Origin: the human T2T-CHM13v2.0 reference genome, Homo sapiens
DNA: 64,000 bases
NCBI RefSeq assembly: GCF_009914755.1
Contig: NC_060939.1
Reading direction: 5' to 3' (one strand)
Below the pieces are notes generated by a model that did no database searches, was not told the origin of the DNA, and saw nothing but the letters and a program-made list of their open reading frames with translations. Positions within the stretch are counted from its first letter, which is position 1. Each line of letters opens with the position of its first letter. Both the position numbers and the translations under genes were made by a program. Positions 41,576-56,500 of this stretch are shown one piece after another.

Positions 41576-44500
41576 CTATTGCATTCCATTCGATTACATT
41601 ATATTCGAATAAGTTCCATTCAAGACCATTTCTTTTGAGTCCATTCTATTTGAGTCCTTTCCCTTTGATTCCATAACATTTGAGTCCATTCAATTCCATT
41701 CCTTTCGTTTCCATTCCATTTGATGCCATTCCATTCAATTCTGTTCTACTCGACTCCAATACATTCAATTCCATTCCATCCGATTCCATTACATTCTTTT
41801 CATTTCTTATCCATTTCAAGCCATTCCACTCCATTCCATTCCACTCGTTTCCTTTCCATTCGAGTCCATTCCTCTCCAGTCCATTCCGTTCAATCCATTC
41901 CATTCCAGTCCATTCCATTCGAGTCCGTTCCATTCCAGTCCATTCCATTCGAGTCAATTCCATTCCATTCGATGTCTTTCCATAACGATCCATTCCATTC
42001 TATTCCTTTCGATTCCATTCCATTCTATTTCATTCCATTCGATTCCCTTCCATTGGACTCCTTTCCATTCGAGTGCATTCCATTCCGTTCCATTTCTTTC
42101 CGTTCTGTACGATTCCTACCGTTCGATTTCAGTTTGTTCCAGTCCATTCCTTTCGCGTCCATTCCATTCCATTTCACTACATTCGATTCCATTCCATTCG
42201 ATTCCATTCTACTCGATTCCACTTCGTTCCATTTCATTGCATTCCATTCTATTCAACTCTATTGCCTTCCATTCCATTCCATTCGATTACATTCCATGCG
42301 ATTCCATTCGATATCGAATCAATTACATTGCAATCCATTACTATTGAGTCCGTTTTATTCCAGTCCACTGCATTCTGGTCCATTCCATTTGATTCCATTC
42401 CATTCTATTCCATTCCATGCAGTTGCATTCCATTGGATTCCATGCTATATCTATAAATTCAATTCGAGACCATTGCTTTTGAGTCCATTCTATATGATTC
42501 CATTCCATTCAAGTCCATTACATTTGGTTCAATTCCATTCCATTCCATTCCCTTCCATTCCATTCCATTTGATATCAATCCATTCGATTCCATTCCATTC
42601 GAGCACATTCCATTCGAGTCCATTCCATTCGATGCCATTCCATTTGATTCTATTCCATTAGTCTCCATTCAATTCCATTAATCTCCATTCCATTCCATTC
42701 TACTCCAACTGATTCCATTCCATTCTATTCCTTTCCATTCCATTTCATTCCATTCCATTCCATTTCATTCCATTCCATTCCATTCGTGTCCATTCCACTC
42801 CAGTCCATTCCATTCGTGTCCATTCCATTCCAGTCCATTCCATTTGTGTCCACTGCATTCCATTCCACTCCATTCCATATTATTCCATTACACTCCATTC
42901 CATTCTATTACTTTCATTTCCATTCAATTCCATTCCATTTGATTCCATTCCACTCGGTTTCATTCCATTTGAGTCCACTCCATTCCATTCCATTCCATTC
43001 CATTCAGTTCCATTCCATTCTGTTCCATTCCATTCCGTTCCATTACATTCCATTCCATTCGGTACCATTCCATATTGTTCCATTCGATTCCATTCGAATC
43101 CATTCCATTCCAGTCCATTCCATTCGATTCCATTCCATTCATTTCAATTCCATTCCATTCCATTCCATTACATTCCACTTGATTCCTCTCCATTCCCTTC
43201 CACTGCATTCCGTTCGATTCCATTCCATTGCATTGCATTCCATTCCATTGGATTGCATTCCATTCGATTCCATTCCATTCGAATCAATTACATAGCAATC
43301 CATTACATTCGAGTCTATTCTCTTCCATTCCATTCGATTTCGTTCCAATCCATTCGATTCCATTCCATTCGATTCCATTCCATACTATTGCATTCCATTC
43401 GATTACATTATATTCGAATAAGTTCCATTCAAGACCATTTCTTTTGAGTCCATTCTATTTGAGTCCATTCCCTTTGATTCCATAACATTTGAGTCCATTC
43501 AATTCCATTCCTTTCGTTTCCATTCCATTTGATGCCATTCCATTCAATTCTGTTCTACTCGACTCCAATACATTCAATTCCATTCCATCCGATTCCATTA
43601 CATTCTTTTCATTTCTTATCCATTTCAAGCCATTCCACTCCATTCCATTCCACTCGTTTCCTTTCCATTCGAGTCCATTCCTCTCCAGTCCATTCCGTTC
43701 AATCCATTCCATTCCAGTCCATTCCATTCGAGTCCGTTCCATTCCAGTCCATTCCAGTCGAGTCAATTCCATCCCATTCGATGTCTTTCCATAACGATCC
43801 ATTCCATTCTATTCCTTTCGATTCCATTCCATTCTATTTCATTCCATTCGATTCCCTTCCATTGGACTCCTTTCCATTCGAGTGCATTCCATTCCGTTCC
43901 ATTTCTTTCCGTTCTGTATGATTCCTACCGTTCGATTTCATTTTGTTCCAGTCCATTCCTTTCGCGTCCATTCCATTCCATTTCACTCCATTCGATTCCA
44001 TTCCACTCGATTCCACTTCGTTCCATTTCATTGCATTCCATTCTATTCAACTCTATTGCCTTCCATTCCATTCCATTCGATTACATTCCATGCGATTCCA
44101 TTCGAAATCGAATCAATTACATTGCAATCCATTACTATTGAGTCCGTTTTATTCCAGTCCACTGCATTCTGGTCCATTCCATTTGATTCCATTCCATTCT
44201 ATTCCATTCCATACAGTTGCATTCCATTGGATTCCATGCTATATCTATAAATTCAATTCGAGACCATTGCTTTTGAGTCCATTCTATATGATTCCATTCC
44301 ATTCAAGTCCATTACATTTGGTTCAATTCCATTCCATTCCATTCCCTTCCATTCCATTCCATTTGATATCAATCCATTCGATTCCATTCCATTCGAGCAC
44401 ATTCCATTCGAGTCCATTCCATTCGATGCCATTCCATTTGATTCTATTCCATTAGTCTCCATTCTATTCCATTAAACTCCATTCCATTCCATTCTACTCC

Positions 44501-47500
44501 AACTGATTCCATTTCATTCTATTCCTTTCCATTCCATTTCATTCCATTCCATTCCATTCGTGTCCATTCCACTCCAGTCCATTCCATTCGTGTCCATTCC
44601 ATTCCAGTCCATTCCATTTGTGTTCACTGCATTCCATTCCACTCCATTCCATATTATTCCATTACACTCCATTCCATTCTATTACTTTCATTTCCATTCA
44701 ATTCCATTCCATTTGATTCCATTCCACTCGGTTTCATTCCATTTGAGTCCACTCCATTCCATTCCATTCCATTCCATTCAGTTCCATTCCATTCTGTTCC
44801 ATTCCATTCCGTTCCATTACATTCCATTCCATTCGGTACCATTCCATATTGCTCCATTCGATTCCATTCGAATCCATTCCATTCCAGTCCATTCCATTCG
44901 ATTCCATTCCATTCATTTCAATTCCATTCCATTCCATTCCATTCCATTCCACTTGATTCCTCTCCATTCCCTTCCACTGCATTCCGTTCGATTCCATTCC
45001 ATTGCATTGCATTCCATTCCATTGGATTGCATTCCATTCGATTCCATTCCATTCGAATCAATTACATAGCAATCCATTACATTCGAGTCTATTCTCTTCC
45101 GTTCCATTCGATTTCGTTCCAATCCATTCGATTCCATTCCATTCGATTCCATTCCATACTATTGCATTCCATTCGATTACATTATATTCGAATAAGTTCC
45201 ATTCAAGACCATTTCTTTTGAGTCCAATCTATTTGAGTCCATTCCCTTTGATTCCATAACATTTGAGTCCATTCAATTCCATTCCTTTCGTTTCCATTCC
45301 ATTTGATGCCATTCCATTCAATTCTGTTCTCATCGACTCCAATACTTTCAATTCCATTCCATCCGATTCCATTACATTCTTTTCATTTCTTATCCATTTC
45401 AAGCCATTCCACTCCATTCCATTCCACTCGTTTCCTTTCCATTCGAGTCCATTCCTCTCCAGTCCATTCCGTTCAATCCATTCCATTCCAGTCCATTCCA
45501 TTCGAGTCCGTTCCATTCCAGAACATTCCATTCGAGTCAATTAAATTCCATTCGATGTCTTTCCATAACGATCCATTCCATTCTATTCCTTTCGATTCCA
45601 TTCCATTCTATTTCATTCCATTCGATTCCCTTCCATTGGACTCCTTTCCATTCGAGTGCATTCCATTCCGTTCCATTTCTTTCCGTTCTGTACGATTCCT
45701 ACCGTTCGATTTCATTTTGTTCCAGTCCATTCCTTTCGCGTCCATTCCATTCCATTTCACTCCATTCGATTCCATTCCACTCGATTCCACTTCGTTCCAT
45801 TTCATTGCATTCCATTCTATTCAACTCTATTGCCTTCCATTCCATTCCATTCGATTACATTCCATGCGAATCCATTCGAAATCGAATCAATTACATTGCA
45901 ATCCATTACAATTGAGTCCGTTTTATTCCAGTCCACTGCATTCTGGTCCATTCCATTTGATTCCATTCCATTCTATTCCATTCCATACAGTTGCATTCCT
46001 TTGGATTCCATGCTATATCTATAAATTCAATTCGAGACCATTGCTTTTGAGTCCATTCTATATGATTCCATTCCACTCAAGTCCATTACATTTGGTTCAA
46101 TTCCATTCCATTCCATTCCCTTCCATTCCATTCCAGTTGATATCAATCCATTCGATTCCATTCCATTCGAGCACATTCCATTCGAGTCCATTCCATTCGA
46201 TGCCATTCCATTTGATTCTATTCCATTAGTCTCCATTCAATTCCATTAATCTCCATTCCATTCCATTCTACTCCAACTGATTCCATTCCATTCTATTCCT
46301 TTCCATTCCATTTCATTCCATTCCATTCCATTTCATTCCATTCCATTCCATTCCATTCCATTCCATTCGCTTCCATTCCATTCGTGTCCATTCCATTCCA
46401 GTCCATTCCATTTGTGTCCACTGCATTCCATTCCACTCCATTCCATATTATTCCATTACACTCCATTCCATTCTATTACTTTCATTTCCATTCAATTCCA
46501 TTCCATTTGATTCCATTCCACTCGGTTTCATTCCATTTGAGTCCACTCCATTCCATTCCATTCCATTCCATTCAGTTCCATTCCATTCTGTTCCATTCCA
46601 TTCCGTTCCATTCCATTCCATTCCATTCGGTACCATTCCATATTGTTCCATTCGATTCCATTCGAATCCATTCCATTCCAGTCCATTCCATTCGATTCCA
46701 TTCCATTCATTTCAATTCCATTCCATTCCATTCCATTACATTCCACTTGATTCCTCTCCATTCCCTTCCACTGCATTCCGTTCGATTCCATTCCATTGCA
46801 TTGCATTCCATTCCATTGGATTGCATTCCATTCGATTCCATTCCATTCGAATCAATTACATAGCAATCCATTACATTCGAGTCTATTCTCTTCCGTTCCA
46901 TTCGATTTCGTTCCAATCCATTCGATTCCATTCCATTCGATTCCATTCCATACTATTGCATTCCGTTCGATTACATTATATTCGAATAAGTTCCATTCAA
47001 GACCATTTCTTTTGAGTCCATTCTATTTGAGTCCATTCCCTTTGATTCCATAACATTTGAGTCCATTCAATTCCATTCCTTTCGTTTCCATTCCATTTGA
47101 TGCCATTCCATTCAATTCTGTTCTACTCGACTCCAATACATTCAATTCCATTCCATCCGATTCCATTACATTCTTTTCATTTCTTATCCATTTCAAGCCA
47201 TTCCACTCCATTCCATTCCACTCGTTTCCTTTCCATTCGAGTCCATTCCTCTCCAGTCCATTCCGTTCAATCCATTCCATTCCAGTCCATTCCATTCGAG
47301 TCCGTTCCATTCCAGTCCATTCCATTCGAGTCAATTCCATTCCATTCGATGTCTTTCCATAACGATCCATTCCATTCTATTCCTTTCGATTCCATTCCAT
47401 TCTATTTCATTCCATTCGATTCCCTTCCATTGGACTCCTTTCCATTCGAGTGCATTCCATTCCGTTCCATTTCTTTCCGTTCTGTACGATTCCTACCGTT

Positions 47501-50500
47501 CGATTTCATTTTGTTCCAGTCCATTCCTTTCGCGTCCATTCCATTCCATTTCACTACATTCGATTCCATTCCATTCGATTCCATTCTACTCGATTCCACT
47601 TCGTTCCATTTCATTGCATTCCATTCTATTCAACTCTATTGCCTTCCATTCCATTCCATTCGATTACATTCCATGCGATTCCATTCGAAATCGAATCAAT
47701 TACATTGCAATCCATTACTATTGAGTCCGTTTTATTCCAGTCCACTGCATTCTGGTCCATTCCATTTGATTCCATTCCATTCTATTCCATTCCATACAGT
47801 TGCATTCCATTGGATTCCATGCTATATCTATAAATTCAATTCGAGACCATTGCTTTTGAGTCCATTCTATATGATTCCATTCCATTCAAGTCCATTACAT
47901 TTGGTTCAATTCCATTCCATTCCATTCCCTTCCATTCCATTCCATTTGATATCAATCCATTCGATTCCATTCAATTCGAGCACATTCCATTCGAGTCCAT
48001 TCCATTCGATGCCATTCCATTTGATTCTATTCCATTAGTCTCCATTCAATTCCATTAATCTCCATTCCATTCCATTCTACTCCAACTGATTCCATTTCAT
48101 TCTATTCCTTTCCATTCCATTTCATTCCATTCCATTCCATTCGTGTCCATTCCACTCCAGTCCATTCCATTCGTGTCCATTCCATTCCAGTCCATTCCAT
48201 TTGTGTCCACTGCATTCCATTCCACTCCATTCCATATTATTCCATTACACTCCATTCCATTCTATTACTTTCATTTCCATTCAATTCCATTCCATTTGAT
48301 TCCATTCCACTCGGTTTCATTCCATTTGAGTCCACTCCATTCCATTCCATTCCATTCCATTCAGTTCCATTCCATTCTGTTCCATTCCATTCCGTTCCAT
48401 TACATTCCATTCCATTCGGTACCATTCCATATTGTTCCATTCGATTCCATTCGAATCCATTCCATTCCAGTCCATTCCATTCGATTCCATTCCATTCATT
48501 TCAATTCCATTCCATTCCATTCCATTCCATTCCACTTGATTCCTCTCCATTCCCTTCCACTGCATTCCGTTCGATTCCATTCCATTGCATTGCATTCCAT
48601 TCCATTGGATTGCATTCCATTCGATTCCATTCCATTCGAATCAATTACATAGCAATCCATTGCATTCGAGTCTATTCTCTTCCGTTCCATTCGATTTCGT
48701 TCCAATCCATTCGATTCCATTCCATTCGATTCCATTCCATACTATTGCATTCCATTCGATTACATTATATTCGAATAAGTTCCATTCAAGACCATTTCTT
48801 TTGAGTCCATTCTATTTGAGTCCATTCCCTTTGATTCCATAATATTTGAGTCCATTCAATTCCATTCCTTTCGTTTCCATTCCATTTGATGCCATTCCAT
48901 TCAATTCTGTTCTACTCGACTCCAATACATTCAATTCCATTCCATCCGATTCCATTACATTCTTTTCATTTCTTATCCATTTCAAGCCATTCCACTCCAT
49001 TCCATTCCACTCGTTTCCTTTCCATTCGAGTCCATTCCTCTCCAGTCCATTCCGTTCAATCCATTCCATTCCAGTCCATTCCATTCGAGTCCGTTCCATT
49101 CCAGTCCATTCCATTCGAGTCAATTCCATCCCATTCGATGTCTTTCCATAACGATCCATTCCATTCTATTCCTTTCGATTCCATTCCATTCTATTTCATT
49201 CCATTCGATTCCCTTCCATTGGACTCCTTTCCATTCGAGTGCATTCCATTCCGTTCCATTTCTTTCCGTTCTGTACGATTCCTACCGTTCGATTTCATTT
49301 TGTTCCAGTCCATTCCTTTCGCGTCCATTCCATTCCATTTCACTCCATTCGATTCCATTCCACTCGATTCCACTTCGTTCCATTTCATTGCATTCCATTC
49401 TATTCAACTCTATTGCCTTCCATTCCATTCCATTCGATTACATTCCATGCGATTCCATTCGAAATCGAATCAATTACATTGCAATCCATTACTATTGAGT
49501 CCGTTTTATTCCAGTCCACTGCATTCTGGTCCATTCCATTTGATTCCATTCCATTCTATTCCATTCCATACAGTTGCATTCCATTGGATTCCATGCTATA
49601 TCTATAAATTCAATTCGAGACCATTGCTTTTGAGTCCATTCTATATGATTCCATTCCATTCAAGTCCATTACATTTGGTTCAATTCCATTCCATTCCATT
49701 CCCTTCCATTCCATTCCATTTGATATCAATCCATTCGATTCCATTCCATTCGAGCACATTCCATTCGAGTCCATTCCATTCGATGCCATTCCATGTGATT
49801 CTATTCCATTAGTCTCCATTCAATTCCATTAATCTCCATTCCATTCCATTCTACTCCAACTGATTCCATTTCATTCTATTCCTTTCCATTCCATTTCATT
49901 CCATTCCATTCCATTCGTGTCCATTCCACTCCAGTCCATTCCATTCGTGTCCATTCCATTCCAGTCCATTCCATTTGTGTCCACTGCATTCCATTCCACT
50001 CCATTCCATATTATTCCATTACACTCCATTCCATTCTATTACTTTCATTTCCATTCAATTCCATTCCATTTGATTCCATTCCACTCGGTTTCATTCCATT
50101 TGAGTCCACTCCATTCCATTCCATTCCATTCCATTCAGTTCCATTCCATTCTGTTCCATTCCATTCCGTTCCATTACATTCCATTCCATTCGGTACCATT
50201 CCATATTGTTCCATTCGATTCCATTCGAATCCATTCCATTCCAGTCCATTCCATTCGATTCCATTCCATTCATTTCAATTCCATTCCATTCCATTCCATT
50301 CCATTCCACTTGATTCCTCTCCATTCCCTTCCACTGCATTCCGTTCGATTCCATTCCATTGCATTGCATTCCATTCCATTGGATTGCATTCCATTCGATT
50401 CCATTCCATTCGAATCAATTACATAGCAATCCATTACATTCGAGTCTATTCTCTTCCGTTCCATTCGATTTCGTTCCAATCCATTCGATTCCATTCCATT

Positions 50501-53500
50501 CGATTCCATTCCATACTATTGCATTCCATTCGATTACATTATATTCGAATAAGTTCCATTCAAGACCATTTCTTTTGAGTCCATTCTATTTGAGTCCATT
50601 CCCTTTGATTCCATAACATTTGAGTCCATTCAATTCCATTCCTTTCGTTTCCATTCCATTTGATGCCATTCCATTCAATTCTGTTCTACTCGACTCCAAT
50701 ACATTCAATTCCATTCCATCCGATTCCATTACATTCTTTTCATTTCTTATCCATTTCAAGCCATTCCACTCCATTCCATTCCACTCGTTTCCTTTCCATT
50801 CGAGTCCATTCCTCTCCAGTCCATTCCGTTCAATCCATTCCATTCCAGTCCATTCCATTCGAGTCCGTTCCATTCCAGTCCATTCCATTCGAGTCAATTC
50901 CATTCCATTCGATGTCTTTCCATAACGATCCATTCCATTCTATTCCTTTCGATTCCATTCCATTCTATTTCATTCCATTCGATTCCCTTCCATTGGACTC
51001 CTTTCCATTCGAGTGCATTCCATTCCTTTCCATTTCTTTCCGTTCTGTACGATTCCTACCGTTCGATTTCATTTTGTTCCAGTCCATTCCTTTCGCGTCC
51101 ATTCCATTCCATTTCACTCCATTCGATTCCATTCCACTCGATTCCACTTCGTTCCATTTCATTGCATTCCATTCTATTCAACTCTATTGCCTTCCATTCC
51201 ATTCCATTCGATTACATTCCATGCGATTCCATTCGAAATCGAATCAATTACATTGCAATCCATTACTATTGAGTCCGTTTTATTCCAGTCCACTGCATTC
51301 TGGTCCATTCCATTTGATTCCATTCCATTCTATTCCATTCCATACAGTTGCATTCCATTGGATTCCATTCTATATCTATAAATTCAATTCGAGACCATTG
51401 CTTTTGAGTCCATTCTATATGATTCCATTCCATTCAAGTCCATTACATTTGGTTCAATTCCATTCCATTCCATTCCCTTCCATTCCATTCCATTTGATAT
51501 CAATCCATTCGATTCCATTCCATTCGAGCACATTCCATTCGAGTCCATTCCATTCGATGCCATTCCATTTGATTCTATTCCATTAGTCTCCATTCAATTC
51601 CATTAATCTCCATTCCATTCCATTCTACTCCAACTGATTCCATTCCATTCTATTCCTTTCCATTCCATTTCATTCCATTCCATTCCATTTCATTCCATTC
51701 CATTCCATTCGTGTCCATTCCACTCCAGTCCATTCCATTCGTGTCCATTCCATTCCAGTCCATTCCATTTGTGTCCACTGCATTCCATTCCACTCCATTC
51801 CATATTATTCCATTACACTCCATTCCATTCTATTACTTTCATTTCCATTCAATTCCATTCCATTTGATTCCATTCCACTCGGTTTCATTCCATTTGAGTC
51901 CACTCCATTCCATTCCATTCCATTCCATTCAGTTCCATTCCATTCTGTTCCATTCCATTCCGTTCCATTACATTCCATTCCATTCGGTACCATTCCATAT
52001 TGTTCCATTCGATTCCATTCGAATCCATTCCATTCCAGTCCATTCCATTCGATTCCATTCCATTCATTTCAATTCCATTCCATTCCATTCCATTACATTC
52101 CACTTGATTCCTCTCCATTCCCTTCCACTGCATTCCGTTCGATTCCATTCCATTGCATTGCATTCCATTCCATTGGATTGCATTCCATTCGATTCCATTC
52201 CATTCGAATCAATTACATAGCAATCCATTACATTCGAGTCTATTCTCTTCCGTTCCATTCGATTTCGTTCCAATCCATTCGATTCCATTCCATTCGATTC
52301 CATTCCATACTATTGCATTCCGTTCGATTACATTATATTCGAATAAGTTCCATTCAAGACCATTTCTTTTGAGTCCATTCTATTTGAGTCCATTCCCTTT
52401 GATTCCATAACATTTGAGTCCATTCAATTCCATTCCTTTCGTTTCCATTCCATTTGATGCCATTCCATTCAATTCTGTTCTACTCGACTCCAATACATTC
52501 AATTCCATTCCATCCGATTCCATTACATTCTTTTCATTTCTTATCCATTTCAAGCCATTCCACTCCATTCCATTCCACTCGTTTCCTTTCCATTCGAGTC
52601 CATTCCTCTCCAGTCCATTCCGTTCAATCCATTCCATTCCAGTCCATTCCATTCGAGTCCGTTCCATTCCAGTCCATTCCATTCGAGTCAATTCCATTCC
52701 ATTCGATGTCTTTCCATAACGATCCATTCCATTCTATTCCTTTCGATTCCATTCCATTCTATTTCATTCCATTCGATTCCCTTCCATTGGACTCCTTTCC
52801 ATTCGAGTGCATTCCATTCCTTTCCATTTCTTTCCGTTCTGTACGATTCCTACCGTTCGATTTCATTTTGTTCCAGTCCATTCCTTTCGCGTCCATTCCA
52901 TTCCATTTCACTCCATTCGATTCCATTCCACTCGATTCCACTTCGTTCCATTTCATTGCATTCCATTCTATTCAACTCTATTGCCTTCCATTCCATTCCA
53001 TTCGATTACATTCCATGCGATTCCATTCGAAATCGAATCAATTACATTGCAATCCATTACTATTGAGTCCGTTTTATTCCAGTCCACTGCATTCTGGTCC
53101 ATTCCATTTGATTCCATTCCATTCTATTCCATTCCATACAGTTGCATTCCATTGGATTCCATGCTATATCTATAAATTCAATTCGAGACCATTGCTTTTG
53201 AGTCCATTCTATATGATTCCATTCCATTCAAGTCCATTACATTTGGTTCAATTCCATTCCATTCCATTCCCTTCCATTCCATTCCATTTGATATCAATCC
53301 ATTCGATTCCATTCCATTCCACTCCATTCCATTCGAGTCCATTCCATTCGATGCCATTCCATTTGATTCTATTCCATTAGTCTCCATTCAATTCCATTAA
53401 TCTCCATTCCATTCCATTCTACTCCAACAGATTCCATTCCATTCTATTCCTTTCCATTCCATTTCATTCCATTCCATTCCATTTCATTCCATTCCATTCC

Positions 53501-56500
53501 ATTCGTGTCCATTCCACTCCAGTCCATTCCATTCGTGTCCATTCCATTCCAGTCCATTCCATTTGTGTCCACTGCATTCCATTCCACTCCATTCCATATT
53601 ATTCCATTACACTCCATTCCATTCTATTACTTTCATTTCCATTCAATTCCATTCCATTTGATTCCATTCCACTCGGTTTCATTCCATTTGAGTCCACTCC
53701 ATTCCATTCCATTCCATTCCATTCAGTTCCATTCCATTCTGTTCCATTCCATTCCGTTCCATTACATTCCATTCCATTCGGTACCATTCCATATTGTTCC
53801 ATTCGATTCCATTCGAATCCATTCCATTCCAGTCCATTCCATTCGATTCCATTCCATTCATTTCAATTCCATTCCATTCCATTCCATTCCATTCCACTTG
53901 ATTCCTCTCCATTCCCTTCCACTGCATTCCGTTCGATTCCATTCCATTGCATTGCATTCCATTCCATTGGATTGCATTCCATTCGATTCCATTCCATTCG
54001 AATCAATTACATAGCAATCCATTACATTCGAGTCTATTCTCTTCCGTTCCATTCGATTTCGTTCCAATCCATTCGATTCCATTCCATTCGATTCCATTCC
54101 ATACTATTGCATTCCATTCGATTACATTATATTCGAATAAGTTCCATTCAAGACCATTTCTTTTGAGTCCATTCTATTTGAGTCCATTCCCTTTGATTCC
54201 ATAACATTTGAGTCCATTCAATTCCATTCCTTTCGTTTCCATTCCATTTGATGCCATTCCATTCAATTCTGTTCTACTCGACTCCAATACATTCAATTCC
54301 ATTCCATCCGATTCCATTACATTCTTTTCATTTCTTATCCATTTCAAGCCATTCCACTCCATTCCATTCCACTCGTTTCCTTTCCATTCGAGTCCATTCC
54401 TCTCCAGTCCATTCCGTTCAATCCATTCCATTCCAGTCCATTCCATTCGAGTCCGTTCCATTCCAGTCCATTCCATTCGAGTCAATTCCATTCCATTCGA
54501 TGTCTTTCCATAACGATCCATTCCATTCTATTCCTTTCGATTCCATTCCATTCTATTTCATTCCATTCGATTCCCTTCCATTGGACTCCTTTCCATTCGA
54601 GTGCATTCCATTCCGTTCCATTTCTTTCCGTTCTGTACGATTCCTACCGTTCGATTTCATTTTGTTCCAGTCCATTCCTTTCGCGTCCATTCCATTCCAT
54701 TTCACTCCATTCGATTCCATTCCATTCGATTCCATTCTACTCGATTCCACTTCGTTCCATTTCATTGCATTCCATTCTATTCAACTCTATTGCCTTCCAT
54801 TCCATTCCATTCGATTACATTCCATGCGATTCCATTCGAAATCGAATCAATTACATTGCAATCCATTACTATTGAGTCCGTTTTATTCCAGTCCACTGCA
54901 TTCTGGTCCATTCCATTTGATTCCATTCCATTCTATTCCATTCCATACAGTTGCATTCCATTGGATTCCATGCTATATCTATAAATTCAATTCGAGACCA
55001 TTGCTTTTGAGTCCATTCTATATGATTCCATTCCATTCAAGTCCATTACATTTGGTTCAATTCCATTCCATTCCATTCCCTTCCATTCCATTCCATTTGA
55101 TATCAATCCATTCGATTCCATTCCATTCGAGCACATTCCATTCGAGTCCATTCCATTCGATGCCATTCCATTTGATTCTATTCCATTAGTCTCCATTCAA
55201 TTCCATTAATCTCCATTCCATTCCATTCTACTCCAACTGATTCCATTCCATTCTATTCCTTTCCATTCCATTTCATTCCATTCCATTCCATTTCATTCCA
55301 TTCCATTCCATTCGTGTCCATTCCACTCCAGTCCATTCCATTCGTGTCCATTCCATTCCAGTCCATTCCATTTGTGTCCACTGCATTCCATTCCACACCA
55401 TTCCATATTATTCCATTACACTCCATTCCATTCTATTACTTTCATTTCCATTCAACTCCATTCCATTTGATTCCATTCCACTCGGTTTCATTCCATTTGA
55501 GTCCACTCCATTCCATTCCATTCCATTCCATTCCATTCCATTCAGTTCCATTCCATTCTGTTCCATTCCATTGCGTTCCATTACATTCCATTCCATTCGG
55601 TACCATTCCATATTGTTCCATTCGATTCCATTCGAATCCATTCCATTCCAGTCCATTCCATTCGATTCCATTCCATTCATTTCAATTCCATTCCATTCCA
55701 TTCCATTACATTCCACTTGATTCCTCTCCATTCCCTTCCACTGCATTCCGTTCGATTCCATTCCATTGCATTGCATTCCATTCCATTGGATTGCATTCCA
55801 TTCGATTCCATTCCATTCGAATCAATTACATAGCAATCCATTACATTCGAGTCTATTCTATTCCGTTCCATTCGATTTCGTTCCAATCCATTCGATTCCA
55901 TTCCATTCGATTCCATTCCATACTATTGCATTCCATTCTATTACATTATATTCGAATAAGTTCCATTCAAGACCATTTCTTTTGAGTCCATTCTATTTGA
56001 GTCCATTCCCTTTGATTCCATAACATTTGAGTCCATTCAATTCCATTCCTTTCGTTCCCATTCCATTTGATGCCATTCCATTCAATTCTGTTCTACTCGA
56101 CTCCAATACATTCAATTCCATTCCATCCGATTCCATTACATTCTTTTCATTTCTTATCCATTTCAAGCCATTCCACTCCATTCCATTCCACTCGTTTCCT
56201 TTCCATTCGAGTCCATTCCTCTCCAGTCCATTCCGTTCAATCCATTCCATTCCAGTCCATTCCATTCGAGTCCGTTCCATTCCAGTCCACTCAATTCGAG
56301 TCAATTCCATCCCATTCGATGTCTTTCCATAACGATCCATTCCATTCTATTCCTTTCGATTCCATTCCATTCTATTTCATTCCATTCGATTCCCTTCCAT
56401 TGGACTCCTTTCCATTCGAGTGCATTCCATTCCGTTCCATTTCTTACCATTCTGTACGATTCCTACCGTTCGATTTCATTTTGTTCCAGTCCATTCCTTT

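Larger units (their letters stand above)
27218..41679 (+). repeat. Eight-monomer (~14.4 kb) block that repeats the haplotype order of 8259-27217 (super-repeat)
   Basis: Shared private variants in colinear order: 8259~27218, 10033~28987, 12861/14670~34399, 16479~36208, 20067/23645~38002, 25429~39786. Confidence 0.7.
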
